Shown here: one piece after another, positions 1 through 10,000 of the stretch | How the letters are laid out: each line of letters starts with the position of its first letter | Position numbering within the stretch: position 1 is the first letter of the stretch | Virus record (IMG/VR): IMGVR_UViG_3300025133_009608 | Location: 62,001 to 126,000 of that record | Length of the DNA stretch: 64,000 bases | Direction: 5' to 3' (one strand) | The notes under the pieces: model-generated | The model's input: the letters and a program-made list of their open reading frames with translations, nothing else | Told to the model about the DNA's origin: nothing | Database searches by the model: none | Translations under genes and position numbers: made by a program

Positions 1-382
1 GCGGCTCGGTAGCGCAAATCTTTTTTAATTTCTTTACGATGCCGCCGTATCTCTTTTTATTATTCTTATAATCAATATTACCATGCATTGCCTTGTGAAC
101 CGCAGATTGTGTTATTCCAAGATGCTTTGCAATTTCATTTTGAGTCTTTCCCATTAGCCTCATAAATAATATCTTCTTCTGATGCTCGGTTAGCATGTCT
201 CCGTTAACAATTTCATAAATAATCTCTAGAAGCTCATCTCTTAGCTCCGAAATTCTCCCGTCGAAAGAGTTTCCAGTTAGGACGCTAGATATTCCTCGCT
301 CTTGGGAGAAATTATTTAACTTCCCTTGATCAAAGGATATTTCTACAATTTTATATTGATATGAGCTACTTTTTGAGGCCAT
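1..382 (-). CDS. Sigma-70 region-4-like HTH DNA-binding protein (C-terminus runs off window; absent from ORF track)
   Basis: Manual translation from ATG at 382: MASKSSSYQYKIVEISFDQGK...MLTEHQKKILFMRLMGKTQNEIAKHLGITQSAVHKAMHG. LT..Q..I......T..EIA..LGIT...V is a sigma4/HTH signature. Frame is open to position 1. Confidence 0.7.
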   Translation of the reverse strand, partial: MASKSSSYQYKIVEISFDQGKLNNFSQERGISSVLTGNSFDGRISELRDELLEIIYEIVNGDMLTEHQKKILFMRLMGKTQNEIAKHLGITQSAVHKAMHGNIDYKNNKKRYGGIVKKLKKICATEP

Positions 383-386
383 CTAG

Positions 387-1130
387 TTACCACTCATCCG
401 GCATAATTTGATTGAAGTTTTCGAAAAAATCTTCTTTTCCATTTTTTCTAAAAAATTCATCTACGTCCTTATAGGGCTTTGGAGTCTCAAGAGATCTCAG
501 CTTTATACCGCGATTAATAAATTTCTTATAAATTCTTTTTACAGATTCCTTCCCCGCATCATCTGAGTCAAGCAGGAATGTCATTTTATCAGTATACCTT
601 GCAAGTCTTAAAAAATGCTTTTTAGAAAATGCAGTACCACAAATTGCAACAGAATTATAAATTCCAACTTTAGTCAAACTTATTTGGTCAAAATAACCTT
701 CTACAATATATACGTTTTTTCTTTTTAAAATATGATTTTTTGATTGCCCTAATCCATAAAGTATATTTGCCTTCTTGTAAGACGAGTTTTTATACTTTGG
801 AATTCCGATTCCCCTTCTGGAGTATTCATCCAAAAGAGTCCTTCCACTAATTCCTACGACCTCGCCGTATTCATTCTCAATTGGAAACGTTAAATAAAAG
901 TAATCCGAGAACTGGCTGCGGCCCAGTCCATCTAGGATATTCGCTCGCAATAATGATTCCTCCGAAACAAATTGCTTTAGTTTGGAGGGGTTTTGTGGAA
1001 AAAATCCGATACCATATCTATCTATAATCTCATCCGATAAAAGCCTGTCCTCTCTTAGGTAGGACAGGCACTCTTTTGAGTTTTTAAGATTGGATTTACA
1101 AATATCAGATAAAATTTGCATATCGGTCAT
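387..1130 (-). CDS. DnaG-type DNA primase catalytic (Toprim) core lacking the N-terminal zinc-binding domain
   Basis: LTFPIENEYGEVVGISGR, PKYKNS, LYGL, YIVEGYFD, VAICGTA and LDSDDAG are DnaG RNA-polymerase-domain motifs. Only 247 aa with no CHC2 finger. Confidence 0.85.
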   Translation of the reverse strand: MTDMQILSDICKSNLKNSKECLSYLREDRLLSDEIIDRYGIGFFPQNPSKLKQFVSEESLLRANILDGLGRSQFSDYFYLTFPIENEYGEVVGISGRTLLDEYSRRGIGIPKYKNSSYKKANILYGLGQSKNHILKRKNVYIVEGYFDQISLTKVGIYNSVAICGTAFSKKHFLRLARYTDKMTFLLDSDDAGKESVKRIYKKFINRGIKLRSLETPKPYKDVDEFFRKNGKEDFFENFNQIMPDEW

Positions 1131-1133
1131 AAC

Positions 1134-1487
1134 TTAATTCTGCTCTATCTTTAGTTGACTCGTACTCTCTATTGCGCAAACCATATGCTTTGTAATATTT
1201 ATCTTGCACCCCTTTCCCGAGTTCGGACACTGAGCCCCAACCACCATTCCCGATACAACTGATGCTTCAACATCTTTATGGCAGGTTTCGCATGGAAACA
1301 TAAAGGCTTTTCTATTCTTGGAGCGAAGCACATCCCCATTCTTCTTCATAGAAAGCTTCGAATAGGACGATACGTTCACAACCTCCTCTCCGCACTCGTT
1401 GCACATCGCCTTGTTTTCATCAACATCCAACGACACGTCTGTTGTTCCTCCATTTAACTTACATCCTATATTGCATCTTACAATCAT
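1134..1487 (-). CDS. Small Cys-rich (putative Zn-binding) hypothetical protein
   Basis: Cys pairs CNIGC, CNEC, CETC, C..C in 117 aa; co-oriented between recA and the primase. Confidence 0.55.
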   Translation of the reverse strand: MIVRCNIGCKLNGGTTDVSLDVDENKAMCNECGEEVVNVSSYSKLSMKKNGDVLRSKNRKAFMFPCETCHKDVEASVVSGMVVGAQCPNSGKGCKINITKHMVCAIESTSQLKIEQN

Positions 1488-2654
1488 TTATTGCCCCATA
1501 GCCATAATTAGCGGATTTTCTTCTATCTCAGCATCATCGGGGGTGTTATCAGCCGCTGGCGCCGGGCCTCCTCCGAGGTATATTTCTCTTATTTTCTCTT
1601 GGGTTGAATTCATAAAAGGTTTATTTTTAGAAAACGACTCCAAGGCGGCGTCTCTTCCTCTGATTTTTTCTCCATCTATCATATAGTTTTGCGTATTTGG
1701 CCTTTCAATCAAGTCATACTTTAGGGCCAATCCAAATATCTCCTCCTCTATATTAACCACTCCCTTTAGGTACTCAACGAAATATTCTGCTTTTTGGAAT
1801 GGCTTTCCGACTTTATTTTTCTCAACCTTTGCTCGAACTCTGTGCCCAATTCTTGCATCATTCTTATCTTTAATAAGATTATCGGCACCAAACATTGGAG
1901 CCATATTGATCATAAGACTACAGGCATGCTTGAGCGCCTTGCCTCCCGGGCTAGTTGCCGGGTCTCCAAAGTGCTGTCCGAGATTTACTCTTACCTGGTT
2001 TATGCCAATAAATGCAACATTAGCCTTTGCGACCTGAGGCGTTAATTTCTTTAATTCCGTAGATAAGAATCTTGGAATTGGAGCCATATTCGCCTTACCG
2101 ATATCTGCCGCCAACTCAAGTGGAGTATTTAATACTGCAATTGAATCAAGAACAATTATGCCCAAATCCTTAAATCTTGGGTCAGTGCCCTCTTCTACGT
2201 AATCCAGGATTCCTTTCATTTTCTTAGATATCTTTTTAGTTACTGAGTTTACCTTTACAGTTCCAAGAAGTCCTTCAAAAATCTGCCTTGCATCATTAGT
2301 TTTTATGACCATTACCCTGGAAGTGTCAACGCCCTGACTCGATGCCCACTCTGGATCGTATGTATATTCTGCGTCAATAAATAGAGCTGTATTATTTGGG
2401 TTTTCATCTAGATAGCTCTTAATGCAAGACAGAGAAAGCATAGTCTTTCCGGAGCTTTCCTTTCCTGCAAGCTGCGTAATTCTTCCACGGGGTATTCCCC
2501 CAATGCCTATAGCCTCATCCAAAGATGGGCTCCCGGTGGATATCGCTTCGTACTTTCCAATTGTATCGATATTTCCGTCAAAAAATACCGCGTCTTCACC
2601 GAAGAATTTCTTAATTTCCCTTTCGGCTTCGCTCTCTGAGATTCTCTTGGCCAT
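1488..2654 (-). CDS. recA: RecA recombinase
   Basis: ISTGSPSLDEAIGIGGIPRGRI, Walker A GKESSGKT, FIDAEY, IVLDSIA, FIGINQVR, PGGKALKHA, KVEKNKVGKPF. Confidence 0.95.
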   Translation of the reverse strand: MAKRISESEAEREIKKFFGEDAVFFDGNIDTIGKYEAISTGSPSLDEAIGIGGIPRGRITQLAGKESSGKTMLSLSCIKSYLDENPNNTALFIDAEYTYDPEWASSQGVDTSRVMVIKTNDARQIFEGLLGTVKVNSVTKKISKKMKGILDYVEEGTDPRFKDLGIIVLDSIAVLNTPLELAADIGKANMAPIPRFLSTELKKLTPQVAKANVAFIGINQVRVNLGQHFGDPATSPGGKALKHACSLMINMAPMFGADNLIKDKNDARIGHRVRAKVEKNKVGKPFQKAEYFVEYLKGVVNIEEEIFGLALKYDLIERPNTQNYMIDGEKIRGRDAALESFSKNKPFMNSTQEKIREIYLGGGPAPAADNTPDDAEIEENPLIMAMGQ

Positions 2655-2667
2655 GATATTCTCCGTT

Positions 2668-4314
2668 TTAATATTTGTGATTTAAATTGCCATTTTGTGG
2701 CGGGCGCCATCCGGCCGGAGGCTGCCAGCTCGATGGGTCATCTGGGGCCTCTGATACTATCGATTCTGTATTTAGAAGCAATAACGCTATACTTGATGCA
2801 TTCTCAACCGCAGTTCTGGTAACCTTCTTCGGGTCCAGCACTCCCGCATCAAACATGTCTGCGTATGTATTGGTTGCGGCATTATACCCAAAATTTATAT
2901 TGTCAGACTCAAGAATCTTTGAGATGATAGGCTCTGGGTCTATAAATCCATTCTTTAAAATTTGAGAAATTGGTCTGGCACATGATTTTATCAAAACCTC
3001 TGCGGCAGGCCTAAGCCTCTCGTCTATCTCAGATAAATCAATCATATTTGCAGCACGAAGCATCGCAACTCCACCACCAGGGACCACTCCCTCCTCTATT
3101 GCCGCCAAGGTTGCACTAAGAGCGTCATCCATTCGGTCGCCCTTCTCTCTGAGTTCGAGTTCCGTGCTGTAACCCACTGTTATTACAGCTGCGCGACTAT
3201 TCAAAAATGAAAGCCTCTTTTTCAAATCGATTCTTTCGGAATCCCCCAGTAAGATGTCTTGATCTCGCTTATATTGCTCTATCTTCTTTGAGACTCTATC
3301 TGAATCTTTTTCTCCATCAATTATTTTTGTTGTCGATTTCCCAACAACCACTTGCTTGGCAAGTCCCAAATCCGAAGCCTTCATATCCCTGAGCAAGGCG
3401 CCCGACTTGGGGCTGCAAATATTTGTACCAACCAACATGCTGAGATCATCTAGCCAGTCGGCCTGAGAGGGCCCCATGGTAGGAATCTCTACCGCCACCA
3501 CTTTTAGTCGGCCGAGCTTGTTATTCGCGACCAACGTGGATAGAGCCTCCTGTTTTATTGCCCTAGCAAGAAGCAGCAGCGGCTTATTGTCATTTGACAG
3601 GCTATTAAGCATTGCCATGCAATCCGTTAAGTGCGTTACTTCTCTGTCCACAATGAGAACATTACAATTCTCCATAACAATGCTTCCGCGGTTATTATCC
3701 GCCAAAAATGCAGGAGTAACATATCCAGTTTTAAGCTCTACCCCATCCACAATTCTAACCGTAGTTTCTCCGCCGGGAGACGCCTCTGCCGTTACTGTTC
3801 CGGAGAACCCGACCGAATCGAATGCCTCTGCAATCTTCCCTCCCAAGAGGTGGTCGTTATTTGCAGATATAGTGGCAATGCTTTTTACCATATCATGTCC
3901 GTTAGTTTGAATAGATATGCTATCTAAGTTTTTTGAAATCTGCTCTACAGCCCAAGTAAGCCCATCTCTAAAATCAAGCGGGCTATAGCCCGACTCCATA
4001 AGGACTGCCCCTCTGGAGATAATTTCATGAGCCATTACTGTTGCGGTTGTGGTTCCGTCTCCTGCGATATCTGCGGTTCTTCCTGCAACTTCTTTTACAA
4101 GCTGGCAGGCCAAGTCTTCCACCGGATCTCTTAGCACAACCTCTCTTGCGACAGATACGCCATCCTTTGTAACTACTGGAGCTCCAACAAACTTGCCGAT
4201 GACGACGTTTCTTCCTTGAGGTCCCATCGTAACCGCGACAACGCTTGCTAACTTCTCCACCCCAGACAAAATCTTATCTCTTGCCGCTGTGGAGTGCAAA
4301 ATATCTTTAGCCAT
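2668..4314 (-). CDS. groEL: Chaperonin GroEL/Cpn60-like, copy 1 (divergent)
   Basis: VTMGPQGRNV, VTKDGVSVA, AGDGTTTATV, ISANND, EEGVVPGGG, GVLDPKKVTR. Atypical Pro/Trp C-tail with no GGM repeats. Confidence 0.93.
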   Translation of the reverse strand: MAKDILHSTAARDKILSGVEKLASVVAVTMGPQGRNVVIGKFVGAPVVTKDGVSVAREVVLRDPVEDLACQLVKEVAGRTADIAGDGTTTATVMAHEIISRGAVLMESGYSPLDFRDGLTWAVEQISKNLDSISIQTNGHDMVKSIATISANNDHLLGGKIAEAFDSVGFSGTVTAEASPGGETTVRIVDGVELKTGYVTPAFLADNNRGSIVMENCNVLIVDREVTHLTDCMAMLNSLSNDNKPLLLLARAIKQEALSTLVANNKLGRLKVVAVEIPTMGPSQADWLDDLSMLVGTNICSPKSGALLRDMKASDLGLAKQVVVGKSTTKIIDGEKDSDRVSKKIEQYKRDQDILLGDSERIDLKKRLSFLNSRAAVITVGYSTELELREKGDRMDDALSATLAAIEEGVVPGGGVAMLRAANMIDLSEIDERLRPAAEVLIKSCARPISQILKNGFIDPEPIISKILESDNINFGYNAATNTYADMFDAGVLDPKKVTRTAVENASSIALLLLNTESIVSEAPDDPSSWQPPAGWRPPQNGNLNHKY

Positions 4315-4849
4315 TATTGTTTTCCTTATAAATGTGAGTTAATGCAACTGCTATTGCATCTGCTTCGTCTAAGCATTGCTTTGCAAGGTTGCCCGCTCTA
4401 TTCTCGCGGACTTCAAATCCAGAAACACTTCCAACGATAAAGTCAAACGCTTCTTCTTTTGAAGATACCTTTTTCCCGCCCATCTTTGATAAGCACGATC
4501 TAATTGTCGATACTGCGTATTTATGCGGCTCTATAGATGCCTCGCGAAGACACGCCATGGATATTACCTCATTGAATACAGATAATACTATTATTGTTCT
4601 TGCGGTACTTCTTCCTGCGCTAAACTTTGAAGCATAAGCTTCAATCACAACGGAATCTGGAGTCCTGCTCCCGAGAAGTTCCGCCACCATATCATATGCG
4701 GCACTTGCGCGAAAAGCAATAGAACCCTTTGGCTTTCCGGGAGGTCTAAGGTGTCCATAATCAATTAGCTCCCCCTCTCCGTTATTGTCCCGAAGGAGCG
4801 CCCAGCCTATTACTGACGATGATATATCCAGCCCAAGAATCGTATCCAA
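4307..4849 (-). CDS. RuvC-like Holliday junction resolvase (start revised to TTG at 4849)
   Basis: ILGLDISSSVIGWALL, VVIEAY and DEADAIAVA give the RNase H-fold acidic residues. GGAG lies 7 nt upstream of TTG 4849; the ORF-track ATG at 4888 lies inside a terminator hairpin. Confidence 0.8.
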   Translation of the reverse strand: MDTILGLDISSSVIGWALLRDNNGEGELIDYGHLRPPGKPKGSIAFRASAAYDMVAELLGSRTPDSVVIEAYASKFSAGRSTARTIIVLSVFNEVISMACLREASIEPHKYAVSTIRSCLSKMGGKKVSSKEEAFDFIVGSVSGFEVRENRAGNLAKQCLDEADAIAVALTHIYKENNNG

Positions 4850-4860
4850 TTCGAAACTCC

Positions 4861-4908
4861 AAATAAAAGAGCCGAGGAGCCCAACCATAGCATGTTAAGC
4901 TCCTCGGC
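4861..4908 (-). terminator. Rho-independent terminator after the SSB gene
   Basis: Perfect 10-bp inverted repeat GCCGAGGAGC (4871-4880 / 4899-4908) followed on the minus strand by TCTTTTATTT. Confidence 0.75.
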
Positions 4909-4919
4909 CTGACTGCATC

Positions 4920-5540
4920 TTACGAAAAGTCGAAGTCAAAGTCTTCGTCTTCTGCGGATTCCGTAGCCTTTCCGTTCGTATACTCTGAAACGTCCCATCC
5001 CATAACATCACAGATATCTGCGGCAGTTGCCGGAGATATTAGCTTCTCGACATTTATTCGGTCATTAAACGCGACAAACGCCTCCTTGAGGTCTGCCGGA
5101 AGAGCCTCTTTCGGATTCGGAGTAACTCCATACAACGGCTGAGAGCCCTTTGGTCCCTTCGTTACAGAGATATCATAAGAAGATACCTTGCCCCACCTGC
5201 TGTTGTTGTTTAGGGCCTTAACTCCATTATAGATCTGAGGTCCGATCTCAAGCAGCTGAAACTCGTTAGCGGCGCAATTCAGAACCTTTAAAAACCATCG
5301 AGCTTGGCGGCGGAACCCAACATCTTCTAATCTGCGAACCAACTCTGGGGTCTCGAGCGGGCTATTAACCTTTTTCTTGCTTCCGTCTGGCGCGGTAAGC
5401 CAGTGAACATAAAACTGCACCGGATTACCCATAACACGCACAAGGCTCTCGCCCTCTTCTAGTCGCATAAAATCTGACTTACCACCAGAATCTGCGGCAT
5501 TCCAATCTACTTCTCCAAATACCATTCCTGACATTTTCAT
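4920..5540 (-). CDS. Single-stranded DNA-binding protein, phage gp32-like
   Basis: DFMRLEEGESLVRVM, FYVHW, YDISVTKG..G..P.Y and an acidic tail EDEDFDFDFS; AGGAG RBS; sits among replication genes. Confidence 0.7.
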   Translation of the reverse strand: MKMSGMVFGEVDWNAADSGGKSDFMRLEEGESLVRVMGNPVQFYVHWLTAPDGSKKKVNSPLETPELVRRLEDVGFRRQARWFLKVLNCAANEFQLLEIGPQIYNGVKALNNNSRWGKVSSYDISVTKGPKGSQPLYGVTPNPKEALPADLKEAFVAFNDRINVEKLISPATAADICDVMGWDVSEYTNGKATESAEDEDFDFDFS

Positions 5541-5552
5541 TCTCCTGTTTAT

Positions 5553-5569
5553 TGTGAGATTATCTCACA
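5553..5569. promoter_or_regulatory. 17-bp palindrome TGTGAGAT-T-ATCTCACA just upstream of the SSB RBS
   Basis: Perfect 8-bp inverted repeat around one base, ending 6 nt before the AGGAG. Confidence 0.45.
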
Positions 5570-5627
5570 TTTGTTATTGGCACTATTGTTGCGTTATTAC
5601 AAACTTATGGCCACATTGTTTGAAGGA

Positions 5628-6209
5628 TTACTCCCACTCTGTCTCTCCCCAGTCGTCAACACCATCTTGAGTGTTTGGGGTTTCCGCCGGATACCTTGAA
5701 CCAGATCCGGAAGGACTATTATACGCCGTAACATTCATACTTGTTGCATTTTCTATTGAATAATCACGACGTAAAAATGTTTTAAACGTGTAGTGCCAAC
5801 TTGAAAAATATCCAGCCTTATTTTCAAACCACTTCTTACACGCCTTTCCCAGGGCAAGGGCGTTACATGCATTTATATAGTCATCATCTGACTGGGCATA
5901 CCACTCCTTATCCTTGACCGTCTTGTGTCCGGCGGCCTTCGATTTCGCAAGGGCTGCTGCCGACCATGCTTTATTCTTTTTCGAATCCAAAACCGCCACC
6001 CACCGATCGATTTTTACGATCTTTTCTTGGCACAGGTTTTGCCCCTCCAGAGTGTAGACTAAGCCTTTTTCTGCAATATTAACGTCAACAATCCCATTCT
6101 TTGGGAGCATAGACTCAATATCCTCAATGTCACTAAGCCCAATACCCTCTATCGAGAAGCCATCTATTGATGCAATATCTTTAAACGTTCTTGACATCTT
6201 TTTCCTCAT
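5628..6209 (-). CDS. Hypothetical helical protein, possibly a UvsY-like recombination mediator
   Basis: Helical segment KDKEWYAQSDDDYINACNALALGKACKKWFENK recalls UvsY-type coiled coils; adjacent to SSB. Family call is weak. Confidence 0.35.
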   Translation of the reverse strand: MRKKMSRTFKDIASIDGFSIEGIGLSDIEDIESMLPKNGIVDVNIAEKGLVYTLEGQNLCQEKIVKIDRWVAVLDSKKNKAWSAAALAKSKAAGHKTVKDKEWYAQSDDDYINACNALALGKACKKWFENKAGYFSSWHYTFKTFLRRDYSIENATSMNVTAYNSPSGSGSRYPAETPNTQDGVDDWGETEWE

Positions 6210-6528
6210 TGTTAATTAATGTTTCTATCGCTTTCAATCTTTTCTCTATGGAGCTTATCCTGCCCTCTCCGAGGGAGGATTTAAGCCTGGACGCTTCAGA
6301 GCTCATTATTCTAATTCTTTGATTTAACATTAAGTTTAAAACAAAAAACAAAACAAGCATCGGTATCGATCGGTTTGTAGGCGGAGCTATAGATGTAATT
6401 ATTCCATCTTTATTCGTTGTAAATAATCCACGAAAATCATCCTCGCCGATCTCTTCAACTATCTGCGAGTAGTAATTAAACTCTTCGTCGCTTAAGTCCA
6501 AGCGCTTATTGGCTATCGCTCTAATCAT
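6181..6528 (-). CDS. Hypothetical protein with one hydrophobic segment
   Basis: Coupled ORF; IPMLVLFFVLNLML hydrophobic stretch followed by a coiled coil. Confidence 0.55.
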   Translation of the reverse strand: MIRAIANKRLDLSDEEFNYYSQIVEEIGEDDFRGLFTTNKDGIITSIAPPTNRSIPMLVLFFVLNLMLNQRIRIMSSEASRLKSSLGEGRISSIEKRLKAIETLINNEEKDVKNV

Positions 6529-7013
6529 TAGTCAGAAACTCTCCGAACCGAGGCTCCTGCCTTTCTCATTCCCTTTGACTCATTTGCAAGGCGCTTTAAT
6601 CTAGCCACTCTCAAGTCTTCGCTCTCCTCTTTGGACAGCTCCGGCATAGATTCTATGGCCTCTGCTCTAATTTGCCCTCTAATATCATCTTCGGGAGGCA
6701 GAGCCTCATCTGGGGAGCCCTCCGTTACGCTGGAAGCCGCCTCAGAGTCCTCTGGCGAGGCAGCAGGAGGCTTGGTCGCCTCATCTGTCGGCAAAAAATA
6801 CTCCGAAAGAATAAACAATGACATATCAAATATTATATCCTTCGAAAGGCCGCTTGCAAAGTCTTGATTCTTTATCTTCTCGGATAAAAATGAAAGCCTT
6901 TGCATGTATGCTTCCCCCAAAAGAGCCTGGCCGCAACTTGGGCAGCAATTATTTACCAAAGAATATCGCATTCCATTGGAAACATCAAACCCACACCCTC
7001 TACACTCGATCAT
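6528..7013 (-). CDS. Hypothetical protein with N-terminal Zn ribbon
   Basis: CRGC...CCPSCG; start overlaps the dnaE stop. Confidence 0.6.
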   Translation of the reverse strand: MIECRGCGFDVSNGMRYSLVNNCCPSCGQALLGEAYMQRLSFLSEKIKNQDFASGLSKDIIFDMSLFILSEYFLPTDEATKPPAASPEDSEAASSVTEGSPDEALPPEDDIRGQIRAEAIESMPELSKEESEDLRVARLKRLANESKGMRKAGASVRRVSD

Positions 7014-10000
7014 AGTCTACTCCCATATACTCTCTCGAGATGAGAGAGGGCTAAATCTTTTTTGTCCATATACTCATTCACCTTGCAGACTGCCTTAAGA
7101 GGGGATCCGTCCTTTAAAATATCTCTATATCTAGAGTAGTCATCAGCCCAGACTGTCATGCCACAGGTTTGGCCAGTAACATCTTCTATAAGATATTTTG
7201 CAAACTTCTTCCCCGCATTCTTTCCATTCTTTATCTTAAATTCTTTTACCTTGGCCTTGATAATGGCCTCAACTCTAACGGAATCACCCTTATTCATAAG
7301 GGGGATTCTTACAAACTTTAGAACATTCGGGCCAGAGGAAAAGAAGTCAGAAAAAACCTCATGTAGATTTCCGCTAATAGCACGACCCAATACTGCCTGT
7401 TCACCTAAAAGCACTTCTTTTCTCTCCCATTCGTCGGAATGATAAGCATCAATTTTGATTTCGCCAATACTTTTTCCCTTTTTCAGTTCAGAATTTGTTT
7501 TTGTTCTATATTTTTGATAATTATCATGCATATCCATTCGAGTTTTGCCGAACTCATCCATGGCGCCGGCCCTTGCTAGCGACTGAATTACGATCTTCCC
7601 GACAGTTCTGGAGTTATTCTTCGTGACAAACTCTTCGAACGATGCGAATGGCTGGCTTTCTAAAATTGACTCTATAGCCTTATCTCCAACGCCCTTGAGG
7701 GCTGCGAGTCCAGTAATAATATTTCCGTTAACAATATTATATTTACCCCCACTTTTATTTACATCCGGCGGAAGAATTTTGATCCCAAGAGACCCACAAC
7801 TATCTATATATTCCTGAACTGCGTCACTATTCTGATCTTCTGAGTTTATCAGGGCACACATAAACTCTGCCGGATAATGACACCTTAGCCATGCGGTATA
7901 ATATGAAATATGAGAATAAGAAATTGAATGACTTTTATTAAACGAATACCCCTGCAATACTTCTATATAATCTCTAAAGACTTCACATGCCATCTTGTGA
8001 GTCATTCCGGAATACTTCATGGAGTCTTTTATAAAATCAGACTGTACCTTCATCGCTAAGGCGGGATCTTTGCCTTTTAATTTGCTTAATTTTCTCAATG
8101 AGTCTGCCTGGTTTAGATCCCACCCTGCAACGTCTTGTGCTATAAACATTGCTTGCTCTTCATAGACCAAAATTCCGAAGGTACTCTTTAATGCTCTTTC
8201 TAAATTTGGATGCTCTATTTTAAAGTCTTCTCTTCCAAGTTTTCTTCTGATATATTTCGCCCTAGACTCAGCCTTACATGACGGCCTTCCGATTGCATTG
8301 ATGTCAGATATCTCGGATATGCTTCTTGGCTTAAGCTTTATGCACAATGGAGTTAAAGATGATTCAAGCTGAAAAACACCAGAAGTACCGCCCCTTCCTA
8401 TCATGTTGTACACCTTATCGTCGTCCAGTGGAATGTTCTCGATAGATATCGACTCACCGGTTGTCCCGAAGATCAGAGAAAGAGCTTCATCCATAACGGT
8501 CAAAGTCTTTAATCCCAAGAGATCCATTTTTATTAAACCATTCTCCTCGCACCTGCTCTTCTCCCACTGAGTAACCGTGTTCCCTTTGTCATCTAACCTT
8601 AGAGGTACGAAACTATATAATGGCTCATTTCCAATGACGACCCCAGCGGCATGAACGCTCCAGTTCCTTGTTAGATTTTGTAATTTTGATGTGTACTCGT
8701 ATAACTCTGGATACTCCTGCATATATGCTGCTACATGCTTTGAGTCGCGAACTGCCTCATCAATAGTTTTCGAATCTGGCATATTTTGAGTAATTAAATT
8801 TGCAATCTTAAACGCCGTAGACTTGTCCCCGCCCAACCGAAGGCTTCTGGCGCAATCTTTTATTGCGACCTTCGGAGATAGCTTTCCCCAGTTAGAAATA
8901 GAGGCAACCTTTGAGGGCCCATACTTATCCTTTAGATACTCCTTTACATCTCCGGGGCGAGAGAAGTCGGTATCTATATCTGGAAATGATGTTTTTTGGT
9001 TATTGTGAAATCTCTCAAAGATTAAATCGTACTTAATTGGATCAATCCCAGTAATTCCAGTAAGATATGCAACCATAGAACCGGCAGAGCTTCCTCTCGC
9101 CGTTCCAACGGGCATTCTCTTTTTTGCCCAATTTATATAATCAGCAACAATAAGCATATAAGAAGAAAAATCTTTCTCTTCCAGAACATCTAGCTCCACC
9201 TTTACTCGCTCCCAGTATGCGGCCTTATCTTCTTTTGACAAAGACCCCAACTTGCTCTTAAATCCCTCAATACATTTGTACCTGAGGTATTCCTTATCTT
9301 CTACTCCGATTAGGCTCTTGCTCTCTTTCCATTTTAAAAACTTTTGATAATCTGAGGAGTCACTAACGGGGTAGCTAGGCAGCTGGGGGCCTTTTGCTCT
9401 CAAATAGTTTGGATACTCACAAGCATTCATTATTTTCATGGAGTTTTCCATGCCAACTTTTGATATTTCACTTCCGAAAAAATCCGTTATTTCATCCTCG
9501 GCCTTTAGGTACATATCCTGAACGCCATATTTGAACCTCGTCGGGTCGTCAAGAGCTTTTTTGTCTTTGATTGCCAACATAAAGTCATGATACTTTGCGT
9601 GCTCTGCATCCCTATAGTGCGCATCACAGGTTATTACATATGGTATATCCATATCGTGGGACAAGCGAACTAATGCCTGATTCAGCATTGGCTGGCTGAT
9701 TGGCTTTCCATCCTTTGTAGTAACGTCAAGAGCATGTGGCTGAATTTCTAGAAAAAATCCATCTTGAAATATAGAATTAAATCTATTTAAATATTGGACC
9801 GCAAGCTCTTCGTTCTGCTCCGTAATCAGAGTTCTCGCTATCAGCCCAGAAGGGCAAGCAGTCAGCGCAATTATATCCTTATTATACTTTTCAATATGCT
9901 CCCAGGTTATGCGCGGAGTCTTCTTCCCCATATAGCCAGAAACTTGATTTCTAAAGCCAAGATAATTAAGCCTAAGGATATTTTGATATCCCAGCTGAGT

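Noticed and set aside
5553-5569. CRP site (TGTGA...TCACA)
   Set aside because: The spacer is 7 nt; canonical CRP sites have 6.
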